From NCBI GenBank assembly GCA_013044165.1, contig JABEVB010000127.1:1-50510 (forward strand): DNA of 50,510 bases, read 5' to 3'. The translations under genes were made by a program, and so were the position numbers. The stretch comes from Phycisphaerales bacterium (lineage in GTDB: Bacteria; Planctomycetota; Phycisphaerae; WQYP01). Positions 30,270 to 40,595 of this stretch are shown one piece after another. Below the pieces are notes generated by a model. It saw only the letters and a list, made by a program, of their open reading frames with translations, had not been told where the DNA came from and did no database searches. Each line of letters starts with the position of its first letter. Position 1 is the stretch's first letter.

Positions 30270-33200
30270 TCATTCTATCTCCACGAGTAAATCGCCAGTG
30301 GCGACGGTCATGCCAGGGCGTACGTCAATAGCCTTGATTTTTCCGTCACGCGGGCTGTAGACTGCGGTTTCCATTTTCATGGCTTCGATGGAGAGCAGTT
30401 TGTCCCCTCGCGCGATGGCTTGGCCAAGGCTTACCGAAACGGCGCTGATTTTGCCGGGCATGGGAGCGCCGACATGTGACGGATTGTCTTTATCAGCCTT
30501 GGGAAGTTCAGCGCGCGCTTTACCGGCGAGCGATTTATCGGCAACCTTAACTTCGCGTGGCTGACCATTGAGTTCAAAAAAGACAGTACGCATCCCATCG
30601 GGGTCGGCATCGCCGACGGTCAAAAACTTCACGAGCAGAGTTTTGCCGGTATCAATTTGAATGGGGACTTCGACATAAGGCTGCATCGGGTAAAAGAACG
30701 CGGGCGTTGGAATGATGCTGACATCATCAAAGTGGTGTCGCATGCGGTCGAAAGCGAGGTATACCTGCGGGTACATGAGGTAGCTGGCGAGATTGGTGTC
30801 GCTTGCCGGGCCATAGGACTTTTCGGCAAGTTCTTTGCGTGCGGCCTCGAGATCAACGGAAGGGAGTTTGGCGCCGGGCCTTGCGGTGTTGGGCTTGGTG
30901 GCTTTGAGGATGATCTTTTGCAGGGCTTTGGGCCATCCACCGGGAGGCTGGCCGAGGTCGCCGCGGAACATCTCGACGACGCTCTTGGGCAGATCCAGAT
31001 GGCGCGACTCATCGAGCAGGTCTTGTGGCTGCAGGTTGTTGGTGACCATAAACAGGGCCATATCACCGACGACCTTGCTGGAGGGGGTCACTTTAACGAT
31101 ATCGCCAAAAAGCTGATTGACTTTGGCGTACATGGAGGCGACTTCGTTCCAGCGGTCGGCGAGGCCGAGGCTGCGAGCCTGCACACGCAGGTTGGTGTAT
31201 TGGCCGCCGGGCATTTCGTGCTCGTAAACCGAAGCGGTGGAGGCAAGCATGCCTTCTTCAAAGGGTTGATAGAATCGTCGTACAGCCTCCCAGTAATCGG
31301 CGAGGCGGGCGAGGGCTTCCTGGTCAAGTTCGCTGTCGCGTGGGGTGTTGGCCAGGGACGCGACCAGGGAGTTCAGATTGGGCTGGCTGGTCATGCCACT
31401 CATGGAGCTGATGGCGGCATCCACGATGTTGACTCCGGCCTGTGAGGCCATGAGTATGCTGGCGGCCTGCACGCCGGCGGTATCGTGCGTATGAAAATGA
31501 ATGGGAATACCGACCTCCTCGCGGAGGGCTTTGACGAGCCTCTGCGCTGCAAATGGCTTGAGAAGGCCTGCCATATCTTTAATGCCAAGAATATGCGTTC
31601 CCATCTTTTCGAGTTCGCGGGCCATCTTGACGTAGTAGCGCAGCGAATACTTATGGCGTTTAGGGTCGAGAATGTCGCCGGTGTAGCAAATGGCGGCTTC
31701 AAGAATGGCGCCGTTGTTGAGCACGGCATCCATCGCTACCTGCATGTTGCGCGTCCAGTTGAGCGAATCAAAAACACGGAAAACATCTATGCCGTTTTCG
31801 GCGGCCTGCTTGACAAAAAACTTAACAACATTGTCGGCGTAGTTGGTGTAGCCAACGGCGTTGCTGGCCCGCAAGAGCATTTGAAACAGAATGTTGGGAA
31901 CCCTCTCTCGCAGGTTGGCGAGGCGCTTCCAGGGGTCCTCATGCAGGAATCGCATGGCGGTATCGAAGGTGGCTCCGCCCCACATCTCAAGGCTAAAGAG
32001 GTTGGGCAGTCGGTGGGCGATTGCGTCGGCCGGGCCGAGCAGGTCCACGGTGCGTACCCTGGTGGCCAGGAGCGACTGATGTGCATCGCGCATCGTGGTG
32101 TCGGTAAACATAAGCCGCTTTTGGTTCAGCAGCCATTTGGAAAATCCTGCAGCACCAAGCTCTTTGAACTTGTCGCGTGACCCTGTGGGTATTAACGAGC
32201 CGTGCTCAAATGGTATGGTCGGTGGCGGCGTCATGACCGCAAGATCGGGGAGATGTTTTACGTCGGGCGAGCCATTGACAATAACATTGCCGAGGAAGGT
32301 CAGCAGTTTGGTAGCGCGGTCACGGCGGATGGTAAGACGAAAGAGCGCCGGCGTAGAGTCTACAAAAGTGGTGGTAGCGTCGCCGGCCAGAAACGTGGGG
32401 TGTTGGACCAGATTTTCGAGGAACGGAATATTGGTTTTTACGCCGCGCACGCGAAACTCGGAAAGCGCACGCACGGTGCGGGCAACGGTTTCTTCAAAGG
32501 TGGATGCAAAGCATGTGAGCTTGACGAGCAGTGAATCGAAATGGGGTGTAATGACCGCTCCGGTATAGGCGGTGCCACCATCGAGTCGCACGCCAAAGCC
32601 GGCGGGCGATCGGTAGCTGGTAATGCGACCGTAATCAGGGATGAAGTGATTGACCGGGTCTTCGCTGGTAATGCGCGACTGCAGCGCAACGCCGCGATAG
32701 GTAATGTGCTCCTGCTGCGGGATGTTGATGGGGGGCTTGTGGAGCGAGTACCCCTGTGCGACGAGAAGTTGAGATTTAACGAGGTCTACACCGGTGATAA
32801 TTTCAGTGACGGTGTGCTCCACCTGAATGCGCGGATTGACTTCTATAAAGAAAAACTCGCCACTTTCCGCATCTACAAGAAATTCAACGGTGCCGGCGTT
32901 TTGGTATCGTACCTGCCGACCGATAAGCAAGGCGGCGTGACAAATGCGATCGCGCAGGGCGGGATCGAGGCCAACGGCGGGGGCGAGTTCGACGACCTTC
33001 TGGTGGCGACGCTGTACGGAGCAGTCGCGTTCAAAGAGATGTACGAGATTGCCATGGGAATCGCCGAGCAGTTGGACTTCAATATGCTTGGCTCGGGTGA
33101 TGTAGCGCTCCATGAAGACTTCGGTTTTGCCGAAGGCGCCGCCAGCCTCGCGCTGTGCTTCTTCGAGCTTGCCGGCGAGTTCATCGGCAGATTTGACGAC

Positions 33201-33707
33201 GCGCATGCCACGGCCGCCGCCCCCAAAACTGGCTTTAATGATGAGGGGGAAGCCTATTTGCCTGGATTCCTTTTTGATGGCGGCGGGATCGGTCATACCG
33301 TGCTCCGTACCGGGGAGAATGGGCACGCCGGCTTTGCGGGCAATGTTGCGCGCGGCGGTTTTATCGCCAAAAGCGCGGAGCATGGCAGGGGTAGGGCCTA
33401 CGAAGGTGATGTCGGCATCGGCACAGGCCTGGGCAAAGTCAGCATTTTCAGATAGAAATCCATAGCCTGGGTGAATGGCATCCACACCATGTTCTTTGGC
33501 CAGAGCAATAATGGCCGGAATATTAAGGTAGTTTTTGACGGGCGCGTCAGGGCCGCCGACCTGATAGGATTCGTCCGCCTTAAAGCGGTGAAGGCTGTAA
33601 CGGTCTTCGTGACTGTAAATGGCTACGGTAGACAGTCCCAGCTCGGTGGCAGCCCGGAAAACGCGAATAGCAATTTCGCTGCGGTTGGCAACAAGCAATT
33701 TTTTCAT
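30270..33707 (-). CDS. pyc: Pyruvate carboxylase
   Basis: MKKLLVANRSEIA (ATG 33707), HPGYGFLSEN, RDCSVQRRHQK, RDAHQSL and biotin motif EAMKME. Confidence 0.98.
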   Translation of the reverse strand: MKKLLVANRSEIAIRVFRAATELGLSTVAIYSHEDRYSLHRFKADESYQVGGPDAPVKNYLNIPAIIALAKEHGVDAIHPGYGFLSENADFAQACADADITFVGPTPAMLRAFGDKTAARNIARKAGVPILPGTEHGMTDPAAIKKESRQIGFPLIIKASFGGGGRGMRVVKSADELAGKLEEAQREAGGAFGKTEVFMERYITRAKHIEVQLLGDSHGNLVHLFERDCSVQRRHQKVVELAPAVGLDPALRDRICHAALLIGRQVRYQNAGTVEFLVDAESGEFFFIEVNPRIQVEHTVTEIITGVDLVKSQLLVAQGYSLHKPPINIPQQEHITYRGVALQSRITSEDPVNHFIPDYGRITSYRSPAGFGVRLDGGTAYTGAVITPHFDSLLVKLTCFASTFEETVARTVRALSEFRVRGVKTNIPFLENLVQHPTFLAGDATTTFVDSTPALFRLTIRRDRATKLLTFLGNVIVNGSPDVKHLPDLAVMTPPPTIPFEHGSLIPTGSRDKFKELGAAGFSKWLLNQKRLMFTDTTMRDAHQSLLATRVRTVDLLGPADAIAHRLPNLFSLEMWGGATFDTAMRFLHEDPWKRLANLRERVPNILFQMLLRASNAVGYTNYADNVVKFFVKQAAENGIDVFRVFDSLNWTRNMQVAMDAVLNNGAILEAAICYTGDILDPKRHKYSLRYYVKMARELEKMGTHILGIKDMAGLLKPFAAQRLVKALREEVGIPIHFHTHDTAGVQAASILMASQAGVNIVDAAISSMSGMTSQPNLNSLVASLANTPRDSELDQEALARLADYWEAVRRFYQPFEEGMLASTASVYEHEMPGGQYTNLRVQARSLGLADRWNEVASMYAKVNQLFGDIVKVTPSSKVVGDMALFMVTNNLQPQDLLDESRHLDLPKSVVEMFRGDLGQPPGGWPKALQKIILKATKPNTARPGAKLPSVDLEAARKELAEKSYGPASDTNLASYLMYPQVYLAFDRMRHHFDDVSIIPTPAFFYPMQPYVEVPIQIDTGKTLLVKFLTVGDADPDGMRTVFFELNGQPREVKVADKSLAGKARAELPKADKDNPSHVGAPMPGKISAVSVSLGQAIARGDKLLSIEAMKMETAVYSPRDGKIKAIDVRPGMTVATGDLLVEIE

Positions 33708-33871
33708 ATTTAAGGTTCCTTTATGGTGGCAATACCCTTCAAGAATAATCGAAAAAGCTGCATTCGTTAAGCATGTACGAGCGTTTTTGAGAGAAATTCT
33801 GGCTGGCAAAGGAGCCAGAGAAACCCGGCGGCGCTTTACCGTCCGGCTTGAAGCCAATATAAGCTTGGGCC

Positions 33872-35005
33872 ATGGGAATAAGGTTTACGGTATCAGGGCA
33901 GGATTCTGGCTCGGCGGCGCGGCTTGGGCGCGTGGAGACCGAGCATGGCGGGTTTGACACGCCCGCGTTTATGACGGTGGGCACCCGCGGCAGTGTCAAA
34001 GGCCTCACCCCGGCGATGCTGCGCGATTGTGGTTGTCAAATAGTACTTGGCAACACCTATCATCTGATGTTGCGGCCTGGCTCGGCCGTGGTGGCGGCAC
34101 TTGGCGGGTTGCCGGAATTCAGCGGTTGGCGTGGCCCCATGCTTACCGATTCGGGTGGATTTCAAGTTTTTTCGCTGGCGAGCCTGCGAGAGTTTGGTGA
34201 TGATGGCGTCATTTTTAGATCGCACATTGATGGTGCTGAAATCCACTTAGGTCCGTTGGAATCCATGCGTGTACAGCATGAGCTTGGCGCTGATATTGCC
34301 ATGACCTTTGACGACTGTCCGCCGGCCGACTGCTCGCCGGAACGTCTGAGTGATGCAATAGCCCGCACACTGCGGTGGGCCGAGATGTGCTGCCGGGAAC
34401 ATCAGCGATTAGATCCACAGGGGCGGCAGGCACTCTTTGGCATTGTTCAGGGTGGCACAGATGCTGCGGTACGACACCAATGCGCGGTGGAACTGATCAA
34501 ACTGGACTTTGCCGGCTACGCCATTGGCGGCTTGGCGGTTGGTGAAGGCCACGCCCGTATGGTGGAGACGATTGCCGTCACCGCGCCATTGCTGCCGGCG
34601 CATAAGCCGCGTTACCTGATGGGGGTTGGCTACCCGCGGGATATTTTGGAGGCGGTAAAATGCGGCGTAGATATGTTCGACTGCGTGCTGCCGACGCGCA
34701 ATGGGCGTAACGCTTTGGCGTTTACATATGATGGACCCATGCGGCTGCGTAATGCGCAATACATAAGTGATGCCCGACCCTTGGAGCCGGGTTGCGATTG
34801 CCTGTGTTGCCGGGAGTTTTCGCGAGGGTACATTCGGCACCTGTTTTCGGTAGGGGAGATGCTCGGACCAACGCTGGTGTCGGTGCATAATGTCAGGTTC
34901 TTCCAGCGCTGGATGCTGGACATCAGGCGTGCTATACGGGACAATAACCTTTCTGCCCTGAAAGCGCCCGATGCGGGCGCTATCAGGGGCGAAAATGGCG
35001 TGTAA
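33872..35005 (+). CDS. tgt: tRNA-guanine transglycosylase
   Basis: TPAFMTVGT, GNTYHL, TDSGGFQ, GVDMFDCV and Zn site CDCLCC...H. Confidence 0.97.
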   Translation: MGIRFTVSGQDSGSAARLGRVETEHGGFDTPAFMTVGTRGSVKGLTPAMLRDCGCQIVLGNTYHLMLRPGSAVVAALGGLPEFSGWRGPMLTDSGGFQVFSLASLREFGDDGVIFRSHIDGAEIHLGPLESMRVQHELGADIAMTFDDCPPADCSPERLSDAIARTLRWAEMCCREHQRLDPQGRQALFGIVQGGTDAAVRHQCAVELIKLDFAGYAIGGLAVGEGHARMVETIAVTAPLLPAHKPRYLMGVGYPRDILEAVKCGVDMFDCVLPTRNGRNALAFTYDGPMRLRNAQYISDARPLEPGCDCLCCREFSRGYIRHLFSVGEMLGPTLVSVHNVRFFQRWMLDIRRAIRDNNLSALKAPDAGAIRGENGV

Positions 35006-35165
35006 TGCCGGTTTCGCCGGCATCCGGCGGCTGCGGAGAATCCAAACATAAATTTGGCGGCCCGGTGCTCCGGCCTGTGGCTGGCCGGGTGAATCTGCTG
35101 GCTTGGCTTGTTGCCTGAAGGCAGGCGACAGGCACGCGGCGAGTTAATAATTAAGAGGAACAGTT

Positions 35166-35726
35166 ATGCAACGTAAGTTAGCGGTGTTGGCATTAGTGGT
35201 GTCGCTTGGGGTACTAACACCAGGCGGGAAAAGTGCCATGACCTTGGCCGACAATAGTGCCCCGGTGGCTATGCCCGTGGCGGGCGGCGCGCCGGTGGCT
35301 GCGCCTGCGGCCGCTCCGGTGGCGGGTGCAGGCAATGCTGCTGCTGCAGTCGGGCAAAAGGCGACAGCGGGCGCGGCCAAGGCCGGTACCGCAGCCGCGC
35401 AAGCCCCGACGGCAAAGAAGCCGGTGCCCGATCAGGGGTTTTCCCTCACCAGCCTGATTTTACCGGTGGGTTTAATTCTCATTCTGTTCTTTTTGATGCG
35501 GGCTCCCAAAAAAGAACAAAAGCGGCGTGAGCAGATGATGGCGTCGCTGAAAAAGGGAGATCGCGTCGTAACCACCGGGGGCATGGTGTGCTCGGTGGTG
35601 GATGTGCGCGACGACGACATTGTGCTGAAGATTGACGAGTCGAACAACGTCAAAGCCAGATTTTTGAAAACGGCGGTGGCCTCGGTGGTGCCGGACGATA
35701 AGGCGGGCGATGATAGTAAAAATTGA
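35166..35726 (+). CDS. yajC: Preprotein translocase subunit YajC with N-terminal extension
   Basis: TM helix then PKKEQKRR...LKKGDRVVTTGG; tgt-yajC-secDF synteny. Confidence 0.92.
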   Translation: MQRKLAVLALVVSLGVLTPGGKSAMTLADNSAPVAMPVAGGAPVAAPAAAPVAGAGNAAAAVGQKATAGAAKAGTAAAQAPTAKKPVPDQGFSLTSLILPVGLILILFFLMRAPKKEQKRREQMMASLKKGDRVVTTGGMVCSVVDVRDDDIVLKIDESNNVKARFLKTAVASVVPDDKAGDDSKN

Positions 35727-35798
35727 TAATCGCCTTGTCGGCACTCGCTGACAGCTAAAATCGAATGCCATCTTTGCAACAACAGCCTCGGAAACGAT

Positions 35799-38700
35799 AT
35801 GAAGACAAACTTATGGGCAAGGTTCGGACTTATATTTGCGGCTATCGCGCTGGCGGTGCTGTGCATTTACTTCAATGGCGTCAAGGGCGGCATTGATCTC
35901 TCCGGCGGCACGGACCTCATTTACCAGCTTAATATTCCCAAAGGGTTTCATGGCGATCCCAATCGGCTGGCGCAGCAGGTGGTGGATGTGCTTAAAAAGA
36001 GAGTAGACCCAAAAAGCGTGCGCAATTTGGTGTGGCGGGTGCTCAGCGGCAACCGCATCGAAATTCAGATGCCGCTGGCTGATGAGAAATCGCGGCAAGC
36101 GCAGGCTGCTTATCAAAAGCTCGTTGACAAACTGCTGGCCGACAACATTCAGCCATCGCAGATTAATGCGGCTGTGGCTGCCCAGCCTGCCAGCCTTCGT
36201 GAGAAGGATATTGCAGCTCTGGCGGGTACCAATCAGAAGCGGCTGGTGTTGCTCAAGCAGCTTGCCATAAGTTACGACGCGTACCACAGCGCCCGACAGG
36301 CTGCAGGACGCTACAGTCCGACGGATTTACCTGATGCGCTGCTGCAGCGGCTGAACAATACCGAGGCGGTTTATGAGCAGGCACTTAACGCCGTGCTGGC
36401 GGAAAATATCAACGTGCGGCAATTGGCGAACGTGCTTGAAGCCATTTACGACACCGGCAGCGCTCAGGCGAAGACTTCGTTAAGTCAGCTGATCGCCAAT
36501 CATCCGGGGCGAGCGGCTGTTATTCACCAGCTTGTGGCGGCCTACAGCAATTTGCGTAAGCATAGTGGCGGCTTGGACAATCCTGCCGAGCTTGAGCGGT
36601 TGTTGCGTGGCGCCGGTGTGCTTGATTTTAGAATTGCGGCCAGCCCAAGTTTGCCGGGTATGCTTACGGCCGTTCGGCAACTTGAGGCCAAGGGTCCGCA
36701 TAATGCCATCACACCGTCTGGTCTGCGCTGGTTTGAAATTGATCCTGTCAATGGCAAAGATCTGCTGCCCAAGCCAAGTGAACCGCCATATTATGTAACC
36801 GGTGAATATCAAGGTCGGCACTACGTTCTTTTGTATGATGCTCCAGGCAAAATGATGACTCACGCGCCAAGCTTTAAGCCGTGGAAGGTTGAATTGGCGC
36901 AGTTTGGGTCTGATCCAAGTACGGGCCAGCCGACGGTTTACTTCAATCTTGATGATGCCGGCGGTTACTACATGGGGCAGTTGACCAGTGCGAATCGCAA
37001 TCAAAATATGGCAATCTTGCTGGATGGCAAGGCAATTACGGCACCGAGCATTCGTGGGATCATTCATAAGCAGGGGCAAATAACGCTGGGCACAGCCACC
37101 AACGTGCTGGCGGCTCGATCCATTGCCAATGAAGGCCACACGAGCACGCAGATACTCAACGCGGGTTCGCTGCCGGCTACGCTGCAATCGCAGCCGATAT
37201 CGGTGCAAACAATTGGTTCGACGCTTGGAGCCGACAATCTTCGCGCCGGTTTGCGCAGCGCCGTCATAGCCGTGATTGTGGTGTTGCTGTTCATGTTTAC
37301 CTACTACACGATTACCGGTGCGTTTGCGGACATAGCACTGTTGATGAACCTGCTGCTGTTGATGGGCGTCATGTCGCTGCTGCATGCGACATTCACCCTG
37401 CCGGGCATCGCCGGCGTGGTGTTGACCCTGGGTATGGCGGTGGATGCGAACATTCTGATTAATGAGCGTATCCGCGAGGAGTTGCACAAGGGTGCTTCGC
37501 TGTGGTTGGCGGTTAAGCAGGGATATGACAAGGTTTTCTGGACTATTTTTGACGCTAACCTTACAACGTCGCTTACCAGCATCGTGCTGATAGAACTCGG
37601 ATCGGAAGACGTAAAGGGCTTTGGCATAACGCTGCTGATTGGTTTGGCGGTGCACATGTTTACGGCCTTGTTTGTCACGCGCACGCTGATGATTACCGCC
37701 ATTCGTACGGGTGTGATGCGTAAGATAGATGATCTTTCTGTGGCGGAATATTTCCGCGATTTGTTTACGTTTACCTGGCTCAGAGGTCGCTGGCCTTTTA
37801 TGCGGGTTTTCACGCTGACCAACTTTGATTGGATCAGCAAACGTTACATTTTCTGGATTGTTTCGGCATTGGTCATGATTTCTGGCATGGTGGCGTTTTG
37901 GGCACGCGGCACCCATAAGTATGACACGGAATTTAACGGCGGCACTCAAATTACGCTGCACCTTAAACCGGGAAAGACGCTTGCGGTGTCGGCGGTGCGC
38001 GAGCGCGTTGCGGCACTGGGGCGGAGCGATCGGGCGCTGGCAGCGTTGCGGCGAGCCACGGTTTACAGTGTGGGTGCCAAGCATAATGAGTTTACGATCA
38101 TCACAAGCATCGTAAACCCGGAAAGCAAGCCTGGCGCGACTGCAACTGCAAGCCCCGTTCAGGACCTTACACAGAAGCTTGAAGCGACGTTTGCGGATGT
38201 GATTGCCGTCACGCGCAAACTGAACTTTTCGGACGTCAATGTCTCGCCGAGCCATATACAACGGCTGTTTGACGACGGCACGATTTTCGCAATCACCAAA
38301 AATAGTCTGCAGGAATTGATTCCGCACGGCCCAAATGTTGATGTAAGCGATTACCACGGTGGCGTGGGTGTGGTGCTTCGTAATATTTCGCCGCCGGAGA
38401 CGGTGGCTCACCTTATGTCTCGCATCCGGCAGATGGCGCAGGAGCCGGATTTCGCCCGGCTGCAGTACCGGCCTTTTAAGGTGATTCCACTGGCCTATGC
38501 GGCAAACGCGGCAGGCAAAGGCCCCGCCCCCGTGACGGCGGCCGTGGTGGTGGCGGTGGATGACAACTTCCTTTACAACCCCGACGATTCCGGCAAGACG
38601 GCTCTCTGGAAGCAACAGGTTGCCGCTTCACAATGGGACATTATCCGCACCGCGCTGACAACATCCGGTGGGCTTGCGGGTGTCAACAGCTTTGCGCCGC

Positions 38701-39317
38701 AGGTGGCGACCGAAGCGCGGCTCAATGCGCTGATTGCCGTGGGTATTTCACTGCTGTTGATTGTAGCCTATGTGTGGATACGCTTTGGCGGTATTAGGTA
38801 TGGCTTTGGCGTTATCTTTTCGCTGGTGCACGATGCAATTGTTGCAGTGGCGGCCACGGTGCTCGCTGTGTACATCCATCGCACGGCCATCGGCCACTTT
38901 TTGCTGGTGGACAACTTCAAGATAAACATGACGATGATCGCGGCGTATTTAACCATTATTGGTTACAGCGTCAACGATACGATCGTGATCTTTGACCGGG
39001 TGCGAGAAAACCGCGGGCGACTTAAGTTGCCATTGACGTCCAAGCTGGTGAACGACTCTATCAATCAGTGTTTTGGTCGAACCATTTGGACCACCTTTAC
39101 CGTGTTTGTGGTCGTCATGATTCTGTATATCTGGGGCGGACAAGGCGTGCATGGTTTTGCCTACGCCATGCTGATCGGTGTATTTACCGGTGCCTACAGC
39201 ACGCTGGCCATTGCCTCACCAACATTGTTGCACGCCAAGGAAGCCGCAAAGCAGGCGCTGCCGGCGGTTCAGGACGATGGTCAAGAAAAGGCCAATGAGT
39301 CGGCCTTGGCCCGGTAA
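35799..39317 (+). CDS. secDF: Fused protein translocase subunit SecDF
   Basis: GIDLSGG, LNAGSLP, TLPGIAGVVLTLGMAVDANILINERIREE, EFNGG and GYSVNDTIVIFDRVREN. Confidence 0.96.
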   Translation: MKTNLWARFGLIFAAIALAVLCIYFNGVKGGIDLSGGTDLIYQLNIPKGFHGDPNRLAQQVVDVLKKRVDPKSVRNLVWRVLSGNRIEIQMPLADEKSRQAQAAYQKLVDKLLADNIQPSQINAAVAAQPASLREKDIAALAGTNQKRLVLLKQLAISYDAYHSARQAAGRYSPTDLPDALLQRLNNTEAVYEQALNAVLAENINVRQLANVLEAIYDTGSAQAKTSLSQLIANHPGRAAVIHQLVAAYSNLRKHSGGLDNPAELERLLRGAGVLDFRIAASPSLPGMLTAVRQLEAKGPHNAITPSGLRWFEIDPVNGKDLLPKPSEPPYYVTGEYQGRHYVLLYDAPGKMMTHAPSFKPWKVELAQFGSDPSTGQPTVYFNLDDAGGYYMGQLTSANRNQNMAILLDGKAITAPSIRGIIHKQGQITLGTATNVLAARSIANEGHTSTQILNAGSLPATLQSQPISVQTIGSTLGADNLRAGLRSAVIAVIVVLLFMFTYYTITGAFADIALLMNLLLLMGVMSLLHATFTLPGIAGVVLTLGMAVDANILINERIREELHKGASLWLAVKQGYDKVFWTIFDANLTTSLTSIVLIELGSEDVKGFGITLLIGLAVHMFTALFVTRTLMITAIRTGVMRKIDDLSVAEYFRDLFTFTWLRGRWPFMRVFTLTNFDWISKRYIFWIVSALVMISGMVAFWARGTHKYDTEFNGGTQITLHLKPGKTLAVSAVRERVAALGRSDRALAALRRATVYSVGAKHNEFTIITSIVNPESKPGATATASPVQDLTQKLEATFADVIAVTRKLNFSDVNVSPSHIQRLFDDGTIFAITKNSLQELIPHGPNVDVSDYHGGVGVVLRNISPPETVAHLMSRIRQMAQEPDFARLQYRPFKVIPLAYAANAAGKGPAPVTAAVVVAVDDNFLYNPDDSGKTALWKQQVAASQWDIIRTALTTSGGLAGVNSFAPQVATEARLNALIAVGISLLLIVAYVWIRFGGIRYGFGVIFSLVHDAIVAVAATVLAVYIHRTAIGHFLLVDNFKINMTMIAAYLTIIGYSVNDTIVIFDRVRENRGRLKLPLTSKLVNDSINQCFGRTIWTTFTVFVVVMILYIWGGQGVHGFAYAMLIGVFTGAYSTLAIASPTLLHAKEAAKQALPAVQDDGQEKANESALAR

Positions 39318-39362
39318 TGGCGTGCCAGATGAGCCGACGACGGAGCCTTTGAAGTTGCAACG

Positions 39363-40595
39363 ATGGGTTTCGTCTCCCCAATGGCGATCCTTCAGGAGGC
39401 TTGGCTCATTGGCAATATAAGATTTTTTATCTCAGCTGCGGAGCATAGCGGCGACAGTCTGGGCCAGGCGCTGATAGAATCGCTGCGGCGTAAGTTTCCC
39501 AACGCGCAGTTTGTGGGCGTCGGCGGCCCTAAGATGGCTGCGGCGGGCTGTCGGCTGCTGGCCGACCCAACCCGCAATGCAGCCATGCTGCTTGGGGCTT
39601 TGCGCCAGGTAGGGTATTGGCTGCGGCTGCTCAAGCAAATCCGCCGTGAGTTTGTAAACAACCGGCCCGATGTGGTCATTCCCATTGACTCGCCCACCGT
39701 TAATGTCCGTATTGGGTTGATGGCGCGTCGTATGAAACTGCCGGTTTGCTACTATGTCGCGCCGCAGCACTGGGCTTGGGCGCCCTGGCGGACGCGCAAG
39801 CTTTCGCGGGCGGTTAATACGCTCTGCTGCGTGCTGCCTTTTGAAGAGCCTTACTTTCGGCAGCAACGCATTGATGCCGTATACGTTGGCCATCCGCTAT
39901 TTGACCGATTGGCTGATCAGCCAACAGCGGCAGCGACTGCGTCCCCGTTGCCGCAGGCCAAGCTGAAAGTCGCTATTCTGCCGGGATCTCGCAGCAGTGA
40001 GGTCGCATCGAACTTGCCGGTGATGCTGGAGGTCGCTTCGCAACTAAGAGGGCGGGTGCAGGAGTGCGTATTTGTGGCGGCAGCCGCGGATAAAAACAGG
40101 GCGCTGCAGATTCAGGCCCATCTTATGCGCAGTTCCGAACGCATTGAAATTCGAACGCATGCCACGGATGCTGTCATCGCCTGGGCAGACCTGGTGCTGG
40201 TGTGCAGTGGCACCGCAACGCTGCAGGTCGCCAGCCATTACAAGCCCATGATTGTGCTTTACGCTCTGAGCCGCTGGAAATGGAATTTGGTCGGGCGCTT
40301 TCTTATTAGAACAAAGTATATGTCTCTGGTGAACATATTGGCAGATCGCGAATTGGTGCCTGAGTTCATGCCGTTTTATGGTTCAACGCGTCCGGTGGTT
40401 CAACGCGTGGTCGAACTGCTCAAAAATCCGCAGCAGCGGATGGAAATAAGTTCGCAGCTTTCGCAATTGGTTTCGCCCATGGAGCGATTTTCGCGACAGA
40501 TGCCGGCCGGCGACCGGGTGGCGGTTGAAGTGGCTCGACTGCTGGAGCCTAAATTGCAACCGCCGAGCCAGCCTGTGTCGCCTTCTCGCGGATGA
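39363..40595 (+). CDS. lpxB: Lipid-A-disaccharide synthase
   Basis: FISAAEHSGD, GVGGPKM, YYVAPQHWAW, LPFE, YVGHPL, LPGSR and SGTATL; true start may be 39408. Confidence 0.93.
   Translation: MGFVSPMAILQEAWLIGNIRFFISAAEHSGDSLGQALIESLRRKFPNAQFVGVGGPKMAAAGCRLLADPTRNAAMLLGALRQVGYWLRLLKQIRREFVNNRPDVVIPIDSPTVNVRIGLMARRMKLPVCYYVAPQHWAWAPWRTRKLSRAVNTLCCVLPFEEPYFRQQRIDAVYVGHPLFDRLADQPTAAATASPLPQAKLKVAILPGSRSSEVASNLPVMLEVASQLRGRVQECVFVAAAADKNRALQIQAHLMRSSERIEIRTHATDAVIAWADLVLVCSGTATLQVASHYKPMIVLYALSRWKWNLVGRFLIRTKYMSLVNILADRELVPEFMPFYGSTRPVVQRVVELLKNPQQRMEISSQLSQLVSPMERFSRQMPAGDRVAVEVARLLEPKLQPPSQPVSPSRG

Noticed and set aside
33708-33857. ORF-track N-terminal extensions of pyc (likewise GH copy 1, dnaJ, fabZ, ppiA, GH31, the kinase and the GT2)
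   Set aside because: Downstream starts have better RBSs and/or match the family N-termini.
36480-38615. 711-aa ORF on the minus strand
   Set aside because: Antisense shadow of secDF with no motifs; expected from codon bias.
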